From the NCBI GenBank assembly GCA_963748215.1, contig CAVVHS010000006.1, positions 512,001 to 576,000 on the forward strand: a DNA stretch of 64,000 nt, read 5' to 3'. Position 1 is the stretch's first letter. The number at the start of each line of letters is the position of its first letter. This document shows, in pieces, positions 28,154-38,086 of this stretch. The translations under genes were made by a program, and so were the position numbers. A model generated the notes under the pieces. It saw only the letters and a program-made list of their open reading frames with translations, ran no database searches and was not told the origin of the DNA. This stretch comes from an uncultured Gammaproteobacteria bacterium. Lineage in GTDB: Bacteria; Pseudomonadota; Gammaproteobacteria; UBA9214.

Positions 28154-28795
28154 TTACAGGCGGCCCCGGCATCTGGTGATCAGCCTGCCGGCGCATTGCT
28201 CCAGATAGTCCCCGGGCGTATCCACGTCGGCGTGTTCCGGCAGACATACCCAATCCAGCCCGTGACGATGGCACTGTGCGAGGGTTGTTTCAAGCACCTG
28301 CGGTGTGCCCCAGGCGATGTCATCGAACAGACAGCGGTGATGCCCGGACATGCCGACCAGGTAATAACCGCCGTCCGTCGCCGGTCCGAGCACCACATCC
28401 GCGCCGGCGGCCAGCGCTGCGATGGCGGCATCGATATCCCCGGCGTCGAGCGCCGGACAATCCGCACCAATCAGCACCGCATGACGCGCCGCCTGCAGGA
28501 CGCTGTCCAGCGCCTGCGACATGCGCATGCCCAGGTTGCCTGCTGCCTGCTGACGCAGTACCAGCGGGTAACGCTCGCGACAATGCTGGAAGTGTGCGTG
28601 TTGCATATCAGGTGTGCACCACAATTCCACCGGACAGAGATCAGCATCGACCGCCTTGCCAAGGGTGTCGTCCAGCATGTCCGCATACAGTTCCGCGGCG
28701 GCCCCGGCACCAAGCAACGGGATCAGCCGGGTCTTCACCTGGCCCGGCACGGGCGCCTTGCTGAAGACCAGTAGCCGGGCCCGGGGAAACTTCAT
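28154..28795 (-). CDS. TIGR04282/DUF2064-type transferase of arsenosugar (rSAM-associated) clusters
   Basis: FSKAPVPGQVKTRL, GNLGMRM, IGADCP, LGPATDGGYYLVG, DVDTPGD. Confidence 0.9.
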   Translation of the reverse strand: MKFPRARLLVFSKAPVPGQVKTRLIPLLGAGAAAELYADMLDDTLGKAVDADLCPVELWCTPDMQHAHFQHCRERYPLVLRQQAAGNLGMRMSQALDSVLQAARHAVLIGADCPALDAGDIDAAIAALAAGADVVLGPATDGGYYLVGMSGHHRCLFDDIAWGTPQVLETTLAQCHRHGLDWVCLPEHADVDTPGDYLEQCAGRLITRCRGRL

Positions 28796-29496
28796 GCGCG
28801 ATGCACGGTGTAGAAACGTGCCAGGCGTTGCGGGGCGATGCCGAGAAAATAGCCCAGTCGCAGGCCCCACATGGTGAAGATGGTGCGCAGCACGCCGTGT
28901 TTTTCCCAACGCCGCGACGAACTGAGCAACGGCGTGGCGATCTGCACCGGCCGTCCCAGCTGCCTCAGGCGGCGACTCAGCGTGATGTCTTCCATGATCG
29001 GCAGTTGCGGAAAGCCGCCGGCCTGATCGTACAGTTTGCGTTCTACGAAAATGCCCTGGTCACCGGTGGCGATGCCGGTCAGGCGCGAGCGCCGGTTCAT
29101 CAGCCAGGCCACGCAGGCAAGCAGCCGGTGTCCACCCGACAGTTGCACATCGAACCAGCCCCACGCGGTGTGACCCGCGGCCAGTGAGTCGTGAATCAGG
29201 GAATCGGCTTCCGCCGGCGCCAGCGTGTCGGCATGCAGAAACCAGAGAATGGAACCTTTTGCAGCAAGCGCGCCGGCGTGCATTTGCACAGCCCGTCCGG
29301 ATGCGGTTTGCAATATGCGGTCCGCCATTGACGCGGCCTTCGCCAGGCTGTCATCCGTGCTGCCACCATCCACTACGATGACCTCGTGGCCATGATGGCG
29401 CAGCGGTTGCAGGCGGCGCAGGGTTTGCGACAGTATGCCGGCCTCGTTCAATACCGGGACGATGACCGAGATTATTGCGCGCTCAGCAACAGCCAC
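28792..29496 (-). CDS. TIGR04283-type GT2 glycosyltransferase of arsenosugar clusters
   Basis: SVIVPVLNEA, VVDGGSTD, GRAVQM, FLHADT, GDQGIF, IMEDI, SSRRW; GTG start inferred. Confidence 0.9.
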   Translation of the reverse strand: MAVAERAIISVIVPVLNEAGILSQTLRRLQPLRHHGHEVIVVDGGSTDDSLAKAASMADRILQTASGRAVQMHAGALAAKGSILWFLHADTLAPAEADSLIHDSLAAGHTAWGWFDVQLSGGHRLLACVAWLMNRRSRLTGIATGDQGIFVERKLYDQAGGFPQLPIMEDITLSRRLRQLGRPVQIATPLLSSSRRWEKHGVLRTIFTMWGLRLGYFLGIAPQRLARFYTVHRA

Positions 29497-30592
29497 GGTT
29501 TGTTTGCTGTGTTGAACAGCAGCCGTCGGCCGCAGGATCTGCTGGCGTACTGCAGTCCGCCGGCGTGTCTGAGAGCTCGATAAACGCACCGCCGTATGCC
29601 GGTTGCAGCAGCAGCTGCGCCGTGCCGTCGGTAACGGTCCGCCGCTCGCCGCGTTGCCAGTCAGCGCCGTCGTCGCCGGTCACCGCGGCAAACGGTCCGC
29701 GATACAGGAGCTCGCGGCCGGCGCCCGGCGCCGCGACCGGCTGCGGCTTGAGCGCTGTCAGCGTCACCGAGCGAAAGGTAATGCCATCGATGACGCGCCA
29801 TGGCCGGGCGTCCCACTTGTCGTAGCACACCGCAGTAAAACCGGCATCGGCGAAGGCCGTGAGCATTTCCTGTTCCTGGAATGACCCGGAGATGCAACCG
29901 CTCCACAACTCGGGATCCTGTTTCATGGCAGGCGTGATGATGCGGTCGCTTATGATATCCGCGATCGCAATACGTCCGCCGGGTTTCAGCACGCGAAAGA
30001 TTTCATCGACGAGCTGCTGCTTGTCGCCGTCGTCGACCAGGTTGAGCACGCAGTTCGAGATCACCAGGTCGACGGATTCGCTGGCCACCAGTGGGCGTTC
30101 CCTGCGCTGCAGCTGCTCCCAGCCGGCGAGCGCGAGATAATCGGCATGAGATCTGACCGGATGTTGCGCCAGGCGGGACGACAGCGCGTCGACGTCAAGC
30201 GCCAGGTCCTGGATGCGGCCTTTCAGGAAGCTGACGCGGTTGCCGCCAAGCCGGGCCGCCATTGCGTCCTGGTGCCGCCGCGCCAGCACCAGCATGTCGT
30301 CGTTCATGTCGACGCCGATGACATGACCGCTGTCGCCAACCAGTTGCGCGGCCATGTAGCAGATCTTGCCACCACCGGAACCGAGGTCAAGCACCACGTC
30401 GCCTTCCCGCACGTAACGAGAAGGATCGCCGCAGCCGTAGTCCCGCTCGATGATTTCCTGCGGCAGGATGGCCAACAGGCCGGAGTCGTAATCGACCGGG
30501 CAGCACAGCGCCTCCACCCGCGCCTGTGCGCCCTCCGAGTAGCGTTGCAGGACACTGTTTTCAACATTCATGCTCATGTCTTCATCCGTCAT
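29483..30592 (-). CDS. ArsM-like arsenite S-adenosylmethionine methyltransferase
   Basis: LCCPVDY, DYGCGDP, LDLGSGGG, VISNCVLNL, LWSGCISG, C-terminal GCC...GCC. Confidence 0.85.
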   Translation of the reverse strand: MTDEDMSMNVENSVLQRYSEGAQARVEALCCPVDYDSGLLAILPQEIIERDYGCGDPSRYVREGDVVLDLGSGGGKICYMAAQLVGDSGHVIGVDMNDDMLVLARRHQDAMAARLGGNRVSFLKGRIQDLALDVDALSSRLAQHPVRSHADYLALAGWEQLQRRERPLVASESVDLVISNCVLNLVDDGDKQQLVDEIFRVLKPGGRIAIADIISDRIITPAMKQDPELWSGCISGSFQEQEMLTAFADAGFTAVCYDKWDARPWRVIDGITFRSVTLTALKPQPVAAPGAGRELLYRGPFAAVTGDDGADWQRGERRTVTDGTAQLLLQPAYGGAFIELSDTPADCSTPADPAADGCCSTQQTNRGCC

Positions 30593-30601
30593 GGTTGATA
30601 G

Positions 30602-31564
30602 TCACTCAAGTGCCCCGCCGCAGCTCGAACCCTGGCCCGCGGTACAGCCGTAGCAGTGCTGCGCCACCCGCACCGGGCAGCCCTCGAGGTTCTGGTCCCG
30701 CAGCTCGCTGATATGCAGCCGCGGCCGTTCGTCGATCTGCAGGGGCATATCAAGCATCTGGTTGAAGTCGCAGTCGTAGACGTAGCCCTGCCAGTCGATG
30801 CTGATCAGTGATCGGCACATCACCGCGGCGAGATTCTCGTCCCGGTGCGCCTCCCTGAGCAGCCGCAGGTAGCCGTTGAACTCACCACGGCTGATCAGCG
30901 TGCTGCCGAAACGCATGATGGGCATATTGGCCAGTGTCAGCAAACGGCTGAAGACCACGCCATACTCGTCCGCAAGATGGCGCCGGTAATCGGCCTCCAG
31001 TGCCTGTTGCGGGGGCGGCAATGTGGCGCCCTGCGGATTGTAGACCAGGTCGAGCTCGAGGCCAGAACCGGCCCGGCCGTAGCCCAGCGTATTCAGCAGC
31101 CGCAGTGCCTCAATACTCTTGCCGAACACCCCGTCGCCGCGTTGCGCATCCACGTTGTCTTCAAGATAGCAGGGCAAGGAAGCAACCACCTTGACGGCAT
31201 GTTCGGCAAGAAAGCGGGCCGTATCCTGCTGTCCTGCCTCGAACAGTACGGTCAGGTTGCAACGGTCGATGACACCGAGACCGCGGCTTCGCGCGGCTTC
31301 GACCAGTACACGGAAATGCGGATTGAGTTCAGGCGCGCCGCCGGTCAGGTCCAGCGTCTCGATGCTGCCTGCATCGAGGAAGTCGATGACGGCACTCGCC
31401 GTTGTGCTGTCCATGACCTCGGTACGCCCGGGACCGGCGTTGACATGGCAGTGCAGGCAGCTCTGGTTGCAGCGATAGCCCAGGTTGACCTGCAGGGTTT
31501 GCAGGCGCGCGCGCGGAAGTGGCGGGAAGTCTGTCTCGCTCAGCAGTGGCAGGGTTGCGTGCAT
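30602..31564 (-). CDS. arsS: Arsenosugar biosynthesis radical SAM protein
   Basis: LQVNLGYRCNQSCLHCHV (CxxxCxxC), DLTGGAPELNP, ASLPCY, YDCDFNQML, HCYGCTAGQGSSCGG. Confidence 0.93.
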   Translation of the reverse strand: MHATLPLLSETDFPPLPRARLQTLQVNLGYRCNQSCLHCHVNAGPGRTEVMDSTTASAVIDFLDAGSIETLDLTGGAPELNPHFRVLVEAARSRGLGVIDRCNLTVLFEAGQQDTARFLAEHAVKVVASLPCYLEDNVDAQRGDGVFGKSIEALRLLNTLGYGRAGSGLELDLVYNPQGATLPPPQQALEADYRRHLADEYGVVFSRLLTLANMPIMRFGSTLISRGEFNGYLRLLREAHRDENLAAVMCRSLISIDWQGYVYDCDFNQMLDMPLQIDERPRLHISELRDQNLEGCPVRVAQHCYGCTAGQGSSCGGALE

Positions 31565-31587
31565 GGTCTGTCCGTATTCATCCAGGT

Positions 31588-33012
31588 TCAGGGCAACAGC
31601 CGGTTCATGCACCAGGCCAGCAGGCGCAGCTTGCGCGACTGCAGCAGGTGCGCATATTGCCTGTTGACGGTGCGTCGATGTAGCTGTGCGTAGGTCGGGT
31701 AGGCGTGTATCAGTTCGCTGATATCCCTGGCCCTGGCATTGACCTGCATGGCCAGCGCAAGTTCATGAATCAGTTCACCCGCCTGCGGGCCGACAATGCT
31801 GGCGCCGATGATCCGCCCCTTGCTGATCAGCAGGCGGCTGAAGCCGCTGTCGATGCCGGCGGTGATGGCGCGGTCGATCTCGCGTACCGGAAACTCGACG
31901 GTATCATAGCGTATCCCCCGCTCATCCGCCCCCGCACGGTCCAGGCCGACCGTGGCCACCTCGGGATCGGTGTAGACCACGCGCGGCACCACCCGGTAAT
32001 TAGCCTTTTTCGGGAACCTGAATACCATGTTCGCCAGGGCGATGCCGGCCTGGTACTCGGCCATGTGGGTAAATGGGTAGGGTCCGCAGACGTCGCCTGC
32101 CGCGTAGATGTGGCGTTGCGAGGTGCGCTGCCGCGCGTTGACGCGGACTCCCGTCTTGTCGAACACGACGCCTGCCGCATCGAGGCCAAGCTCCAGCAGC
32201 GCCGGGCGTCGACCGGTCGCCACCAGGATGCGCTCGCATTCGACGGTGGTGCCGTCGGCGAGCTGCAACTGGCGGCTGTCGCCATCGCGCCGCACCGACT
32301 GGACGGCCGCGGCCGTGTGCACCTCGATCCCTTCCCGCTCCAGCACATTCTGCAATACCGCGGCCACGTCCGGTTCGCTCATGGGCAGAATCTGCCTGGC
32401 CTGCTCGACCAGTGTCACGCGGGCGCCTAGGCGTGCGAAGGCCTGTGCCAGTTCCACGCCGACCGGGCCCGCCCCCAGCACGGCCAGGCGTCGCGGCAAC
32501 TCACGCCGGGTGAAGATCGTTTCGTTGGTGTCGTAACCGGCCTCCGCCAGTCCCGGGATCGGCGGGATGGCCGGCGTGGAACCGGTGGCGATCAGAAAGC
32601 GTCGGGCACGGATGATGTCATCCTCTACTGTGATTTCCCCGGGCCCGGTGAAGTGCGCTGCACCGAAGCGCACGTCGCAGCCGTAGCCGCGGAAGCGCTC
32701 CGGATCGTCGTGCTGCTGAATCTGCCCGATGACGGCACGGACCCGGTCGATGGCTACGCCGAAATCGACCTCCGGCATACTCGACAGCAGGCCGTCGTGC
32801 ACGCCTTGCCGGGTGACCTGTACGGTCTGTGCCAGGTGCAACAGGGTTTTGCTGGGCACACAGCCGGTGTGCAGGCAGTCACCGCCCAGCTGTGCGGACT
32901 TTTCCACCAGTGTGACCCGCAGCCCGAGCTGTCCGGCGACGCTGGCCACCACCAGGCCGGCCGGCCCGCCGCCGATGATCGCGATATCCTGCCGGCGCTG
33001 CATGACGGTCAC
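31588..33012 (-). CDS. Flavoprotein disulfide reductase (lipoamide dehydrogenase/MerA-like family)
   Basis: GGGPAG, GGDCLHTGCVPSK, GAGPVGVE, YAAGDV, HAYPTYA; no C-terminal Cys-Cys. Confidence 0.9.
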   Translation of the reverse strand: MTVMQRRQDIAIIGGGPAGLVVASVAGQLGLRVTLVEKSAQLGGDCLHTGCVPSKTLLHLAQTVQVTRQGVHDGLLSSMPEVDFGVAIDRVRAVIGQIQQHDDPERFRGYGCDVRFGAAHFTGPGEITVEDDIIRARRFLIATGSTPAIPPIPGLAEAGYDTNETIFTRRELPRRLAVLGAGPVGVELAQAFARLGARVTLVEQARQILPMSEPDVAAVLQNVLEREGIEVHTAAAVQSVRRDGDSRQLQLADGTTVECERILVATGRRPALLELGLDAAGVVFDKTGVRVNARQRTSQRHIYAAGDVCGPYPFTHMAEYQAGIALANMVFRFPKKANYRVVPRVVYTDPEVATVGLDRAGADERGIRYDTVEFPVREIDRAITAGIDSGFSRLLISKGRIIGASIVGPQAGELIHELALAMQVNARARDISELIHAYPTYAQLHRRTVNRQYAHLLQSRKLRLLAWCMNRLLP

Positions 33013-33665
33013 CCTGCCCGGTTGCGGCGCAGGCGCAGGATGATGCGCGACAGGAAAGCGAGGCTCGCGACGACCGCCAGCGCCAGCAGGGCCTTGCGCA
33101 CCACGTCCTGGCCACCACCGGCCAGCTCGCGGCCGGCATAGCCGAGATAGGTGTAGGCGGCACCACCGGGGGCCATGAAGATGAAGGAGCTGATGATGTA
33201 GTGTGAGAGGCGGATGCGCGTAAGTCCCAGGGCATAGTTCAGCAGGTTGAACGGAAACAGCGGTACCAGGCGCACGAATGCGACGAAACGCCAGCCCTCA
33301 TCCTCCACGCCCTCGACCAGGGTGCGCAGGCGGCTGCCGGCGCGCTGCGCGATCCGGTCCTGGACGAGATAGCGCGCGATCAGGAACGCCAGCGTGGCAC
33401 CCAGTGTCGCGCCGGTCAGGCTGTACAGCGTGCCGTATACGGGTCCGAACAGCGCACCGCCGGCCAGCGTGAACAGCAGGCCGGGCAGGAAAAATACCGT
33501 GGCAATGGCGTAGCCGCCGATGAATACCAGCGGCGCCAGCACACCGAGCTGGCCGACCCAGGCCGTCAGCGCATCGGCCGATAGCCGATCACGCCAGTAA
33601 AAGGCGGCGCCGATACCGGCCAGCAGCAGGCACAGCAGCAATACCCGGCGCGCGGTCGCCGTCAC
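33009..33665 (-). CDS. TVP38/TMEM64 (VTT/DedA family) membrane protein
   Basis: FLPGLLFTLAGGALFG, RLVPLFPFNLLNYALGLT; the GTG start overlaps the upstream TGA. Confidence 0.9.
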   Translation of the reverse strand: MTATARRVLLLCLLLAGIGAAFYWRDRLSADALTAWVGQLGVLAPLVFIGGYAIATVFFLPGLLFTLAGGALFGPVYGTLYSLTGATLGATLAFLIARYLVQDRIAQRAGSRLRTLVEGVEDEGWRFVAFVRLVPLFPFNLLNYALGLTRIRLSHYIISSFIFMAPGGAAYTYLGYAGRELAGGGQDVVRKALLALAVVASLAFLSRIILRLRRNRAG

Positions 33666-34513
33666 TGGGGCTGTTTCCAGCTGCGCCGGTTGATGGCGTA
33701 GTCGATGACCTTGCCGCTGAACGGCTGCAGCAACAGGCCAGGTAACCGCACGCAGTGCGCGGCATCGCGCCAGGTATCGATACCGATGGTCATGCCGGTG
33801 TGGCCGTCCTCGGGCTGGGCGCGGTAGGTGCCGAGCAGGCGGTCCCACAGCGACAGGCTGAAACCGAAGTTGGAATTCGTCTCGTGCTCGAGATGCGAAT
33901 GGTGCACGCGGTGCATGTCCGGCGTGACGATGAACAGGCGCAGGTAGCGGTCCAGCCACAACGGCAGCCGCACATTGCCGTGGTTGAACATGGACGTGGC
34001 ATTCAGCACGACCTCGAAAATCACCACCGCCAGCAGCGGCGGTCCCAGCAGCACGATGGCGGCGAACTTGATCAGCATCGACAGGATGATCTCGATGGGA
34101 TGAAAGCGTGCCCCGGTGGTGACATCGAAATCCAGGTCCGCGTGATGCACGCGGTGCAGGCGCCACAGCGCCGGTACCGCGTGAAACATGACATGCTGCA
34201 GGTAGATCAGGCCGTCCAGGATCACCACCGTCGCGACCACGGCCAGTATGTCGGGGATATCGACCTGGTTGAACAGTCCCCACTGCCGCTCATTGCACAG
34301 GGCGGCCACGCCCACGGCGGCGGTCGGGAACAGCAACCGGAGCAGCAGCGTGTTGAGGACCACCAGCGTAATGTTGTTCAGCCAGCGCGAGCCCTTCGGC
34401 TGGGTCAGGCTGCGCCGCGGTGCCAGCACCTCCCACGCGGCCATGGCCAGAAAAACACCGAAGAAGGCAGCCAGGCGTATCGTGGTCTCGTGCGTGCTGA
34501 CGAACTCATCCAT
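33662..34513 (-). CDS. Sterol desaturase / fatty acid hydroxylase family membrane diiron enzyme
   Basis: His boxes HVMFH, HRVHH, FNHGN, HRVHH; [14 protein letters not shown]. Confidence 0.92.
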   Translation of the reverse strand: MDEFVSTHETTIRLAAFFGVFLAMAAWEVLAPRRSLTQPKGSRWLNNITLVVLNTLLLRLLFPTAAVGVAALCNERQWGLFNQVDIPDILAVVATVVILDGLIYLQHVMFHAVPALWRLHRVHHADLDFDVTTGARFHPIEIILSMLIKFAAIVLLGPPLLAVVIFEVVLNATSMFNHGNVRLPLWLDRYLRLFIVTPDMHRVHHSHLEHETNSNFGFSLSLWDRLLGTYRAQPEDGHTGMTIGIDTWRDAAHCVRLPGLLLQPFSGKVIDYAINRRSWKQPQ

Positions 34514-35528
34514 GCTGCTGTCGGTATCCGGTTGATAAGGGTTGCTGTTGCGCGGCATTCATCACCTGAGCCAGTGCCGCGACGACGACCTCGGTGCCGG
34601 CTGACGGGTCTGGCGCATGGCAGCTCAGTTCCCGGCGCCAGGCGCGTGCGCCCGGCATACCCTGGAACAGACCCAGCATGTGCCGCGTAATGTGTTTGAG
34701 CGGTGTGCCGTCGTTCAGTTCCCTTTCAATATATGTCAGCATCCCTGCGACCACCTGCTCACGCGTCGGCAGTGCTTGGTGGTCGTCGAAGAAACGGCCG
34801 TCCACGTCCGCCAGCAGCCAGGGATTGTGGTAGACGGCACGTCCCAGCATGACACCGTCCACCTGTCGCAGCTGTTCCGCTGCCCCAGCCAGCGAATCGA
34901 TACCGCCGTTGACGATGATCGCCAGTTCGGGAAAGTCACGCTTGAGCTGCCTGACGACACCGTATTGCAGCGGCGGAATGCTCCGGTTCTCCTTCGGGCT
35001 CAGGCCCTGCAGCCATGCCTTGCGTGCATGGACGATGAAGCTGCGGCAGCCGGCCACGGCAACCGTCTGCACGAAATCCGCCAGCGCTTCATAGGAATCA
35101 CGATCGTCGATACCGATGCGGGTCTTGACGGTAACCGGGATGCCGGCCGCGCTGGCCATGGCCGCAACGCATTCCGCCACCAGCTCCGGTTCCGCCATCA
35201 GGCAGGCGCCGAAACGCCCTGACTGCACGCGGTCGCTGGGACAGCCGACATTGAGATTGATTTCGTCGTAGCCGCGGTCCGCAGCAATGGCGGCGCAGGT
35301 GGCCAGTGCGGCGGGGTCGCTGCCGCCCAGCTGCAGCGCCACCGGGTGCTCCGCCGGATCGTATCGCAGGTAGCGCTCGCGTGCGCCGTGCAGGATGGCC
35401 CCCGTGGTCACCATCTCCGTGTACAGCAGCGCATGCCGGCTCAGCAGCCTGAACAGGTAGCGGCAATGGCGGTCGGTCCAGTCCAGCATGGGCGCGACTG
35501 CGAAGCGATGCGTGATGCTGTGTGTGAT
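34506..35528 (-). CDS. dusA: tRNA dihydrouridine(20/20a) synthase; first ATG at 35489, probable ATC start at 35528
   Basis: [56 protein letters not shown]. Confidence 0.95.
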   Translation of the reverse strand: MTHSITHRFAVAPMLDWTDRHCRYLFRLLSRHALLYTEMVTTGAILHGARERYLRYDPAEHPVALQLGGSDPAALATCAAIAADRGYDEINLNVGCPSDRVQSGRFGACLMAEPELVAECVAAMASAAGIPVTVKTRIGIDDRDSYEALADFVQTVAVAGCRSFIVHARKAWLQGLSPKENRSIPPLQYGVVRQLKRDFPELAIIVNGGIDSLAGAAEQLRQVDGVMLGRAVYHNPWLLADVDGRFFDDHQALPTREQVVAGMLTYIERELNDGTPLKHITRHMLGLFQGMPGARAWRRELSCHAPDPSAGTEVVVAALAQVMNAAQQQPLSTGYRQQHG

Positions 35529-35706
35529 GCCGGTCTCTCCCGTTTACAGTATTTGACGACGCCCGCCGATAGCCTGACAGGTTATACGCAGGTTAGTGAT
35601 TTCAATCACATTATATTCAATTATCGCTTTTGTATTTCAGGCCTGAATGCTATAGTGCAGGCACCCCGGTGGGATTGTAAATGATATGTTTACCAAGGAG
35701 TTAGCT

Positions 35707-36006
35707 ATGAACCGTGTGCGCACACTGCTGCTGTCCCTGGCATTGCCCCTGACATTGGCCGGACCGGTAACGGCCGACGTGTTGCTGGTCGACAGTATCG
35801 AGTCCGCCCCTGCCATACAGACCCCGCGGGCCGGATTGAGCATGTCCGGCGTACGCCAGACGTTCGGAAGTCCGGCGGTCGAACAGCCCACCGTATCCGT
35901 CAATGGCGGGCCGTTTCAGCCACCGATCACGCGCTGGGACTACGATGGCTTCTCGGTCATCTTCGAGAATGACCGGGTGGTGCATTCCGTCGTCCACCGA
36001 CAGTAA
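35707..36006 (+). CDS. Small exported conserved hypothetical protein (SmpA/BamE-like pattern)
   Basis: Signal peptide; PRAGLSMSGVRQTFGSP...PPITRWDYDGFSVIFE; AAGGAG upstream. Confidence 0.8.
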   Translation: MNRVRTLLLSLALPLTLAGPVTADVLLVDSIESAPAIQTPRAGLSMSGVRQTFGSPAVEQPTVSVNGGPFQPPITRWDYDGFSVIFENDRVVHSVVHRQ

Positions 36007-36018
36007 ACCAATCCGCAT

Positions 36019-37110
36019 TTGCTGATGTATCATAGCCGGTCTCATGACCGGCTATTGTTTTATTGTACTCACGTGCTGATATCCGAATTCGCATCCCAAT
36101 CGGGGGTAATACTCACCTGGCCGCACCGGCACTCGGACTGGCAAGACCAGCTTGCCGGTATCGAGCCGGTCTACATCGACATTGCGCGTGCCGTGGTCGA
36201 TCGCGAACACCTGCTGGTCATCTGCTATGACACCGAGCACCGGCAACATGTGCAGTCCGTACTGAGCGGGGCCGGCATCGTGCTGGACCGGGTCGTCTTC
36301 TGCTGCATACGCACCAACGATACCTGGGTGCGTGATTACGGTCCCCTGACGATACTTGCCGATGGCCGGCCGGCACTGCAGGATTATGTGTTCAATGCCT
36401 GGGGCGGCAAGTACAGCGCCACGCTGGATGATGCCGTTGCCGACAGCCTTTATGCCGCCGGCCTGTTCGGGACACTCGAGTATCAGCGCCTGCCACTGGT
36501 GCTGGAAGGTGGCAGTATCGATACCGACGGCGCGGGCTCGCTGCTGACGACGTCGCACTGCCTGCTGTCGCCGACCCGAAACCCCGGGCTGGACAAGCCG
36601 GCACTGGAAGTGGCGCTGCGCGAACACCTCGGAATTGAACGGGTGCTGTGGCTGGAGCATGGCGAGCTGGCCGGCGATGACACCGATGCGCACGTCGACA
36701 TGCTGGCACGCTTCTGCAATGCAGACACCATCGCCTACGCGCACTGCCCCGACCGTGCTGATATGCATTTTGCAGAACTGGCAGCCATGGAACAGGAGCT
36801 GCAGGCTTTCCGCACCCTGACCGGCGCGCCCTACCGGCTGGTACCGCTACCCCTGCCACGGGCTGTCCAGAACGCCAGTGGACAACGCCTGCCAGCGAGT
36901 TATGCCAACTTCCTGGTGATCAACGACGCGGTATTGCTGCCGGTCTACGACGATCCCGCCGACGCCATTGCAGTGCAGCGGCTGCAGGACTGTTTCCCCG
37001 GGCGCGACATCATACCGATCAACTGCCTGCCCTTGATCCAGCAATTCGGCAGTCTGCATTGCGCTACAATGCAGCTCCCGGCGGGCGTCCTCAAGGCGGC
37101 AAGTGACTGA
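36019..37110 (+). CDS. aguA: Agmatine deiminase family protein (true start possibly GTG 36073)
   Basis: LTWPH, DTWVRDYGP, LEGGSIDTDG, DDTDAHVD, ASYANF, GSLHCAT. Confidence 0.92.
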   Translation: MLMYHSRSHDRLLFYCTHVLISEFASQSGVILTWPHRHSDWQDQLAGIEPVYIDIARAVVDREHLLVICYDTEHRQHVQSVLSGAGIVLDRVVFCCIRTNDTWVRDYGPLTILADGRPALQDYVFNAWGGKYSATLDDAVADSLYAAGLFGTLEYQRLPLVLEGGSIDTDGAGSLLTTSHCLLSPTRNPGLDKPALEVALREHLGIERVLWLEHGELAGDDTDAHVDMLARFCNADTIAYAHCPDRADMHFAELAAMEQELQAFRTLTGAPYRLVPLPLPRAVQNASGQRLPASYANFLVINDAVLLPVYDDPADAIAVQRLQDCFPGRDIIPINCLPLIQQFGSLHCATMQLPAGVLKAASD

Positions 37111-38002
37111 CATGAATGACAGGATTATCAGGGTTGCACTGGTGCAGCATGGCTGCAACACCGATTCCCAGGCGAACCTTGCAGCCACCATCGCCGGCAT
37201 CGAGAACGCCGCCGCCAACGGGGCGCAACTGGTGCTGCTGCAGGAACTGCACCGCGGCACTTACTTCTGCCAGGTGGAGGACGCCAGCAATTTTGACCAG
37301 GCGGAATCCATTCCTGGCCCGACCACCGAACGGCTCGGCAAACTGGCCGCGCAACACCAGCTGGTCATCGTTGCATCGCTGTTCGAGAAACGCACCGCCG
37401 GTCTGTATCACAACACCGCAGTGGTACTCGATGCCGACGGTTCGATTGCCGGCCGCTACCGCAAGATGCACATACCGGATGACCCCGGTTACTATGAGAA
37501 ATACTATTTCACGCCCGGCGATCTCGGTTTCACACCGATCGATACCTCGCTGGGCAGGCTCGGCGTACTGATATGCTGGGATCAGTGGTACCCGGAAGCC
37601 GCGCGCCTGATGGCACTGGCCGGTGCAGAACTGCTGCTGTACCCGACCGCAATCGGCTGGGACTACGACGACAGCAGCGACGAACAGGCACGGCAGCGCG
37701 AGGCCTGGCTGACGGTGCAACGCGGCCATGCCATCAGCAACTGCCTGCCCGTGCTGACCTGCAACCGGATCGGTCATGAACCGGATTCGTCCGGCGCGAC
37801 CGCCGGAATCCGCTTCTGGGGCAGCAGCAGCGTGATCGGGCCACAGGGTGAATTGCTCGCACAGGCCGGAACGGACGATGCGGAGACGCTGGTAGTGCCG
37901 GTGGATCTGGGACGCACCGAGCAGTTGCGACGCAGCTGGCCATTCCTGCGCGACCGTCGCATCGATGCCTACCAGCCGCTGACCGAGCGATTTCGCGACT
38001 AG
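37103..38002 (+). CDS. aguB: N-carbamoylputrescine amidase (carbon-nitrogen hydrolase)
   Basis: LLQEL, YRKMHIPDDPGYYEKYYF, ICWDQWYPE, PFLRDRR. Confidence 0.93.
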   Translation: MTDMNDRIIRVALVQHGCNTDSQANLAATIAGIENAAANGAQLVLLQELHRGTYFCQVEDASNFDQAESIPGPTTERLGKLAAQHQLVIVASLFEKRTAGLYHNTAVVLDADGSIAGRYRKMHIPDDPGYYEKYYFTPGDLGFTPIDTSLGRLGVLICWDQWYPEAARLMALAGAELLLYPTAIGWDYDDSSDEQARQREAWLTVQRGHAISNCLPVLTCNRIGHEPDSSGATAGIRFWGSSSVIGPQGELLAQAGTDDAETLVVPVDLGRTEQLRRSWPFLRDRRIDAYQPLTERFRD

Positions 38003-38086
38003 CTGACAGACTCGACGTGGCTGCGTGGCAGGCAGCTGCATGGATTCATGCTAGTGTTTTTTTACTGAAGATGGTGGACCAGGATA

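Noticed and set aside
30602-30640. Selenocysteine in the ArsS C-terminus
   Set aside because: The GSSCGG position is encoded by TGC, not TGA.
31588-33012. Mercuric reductase merA
   Set aside because: It lacks the C-terminal Cys-Cys pair and the N-terminal HMA domain, and no mer genes are nearby.
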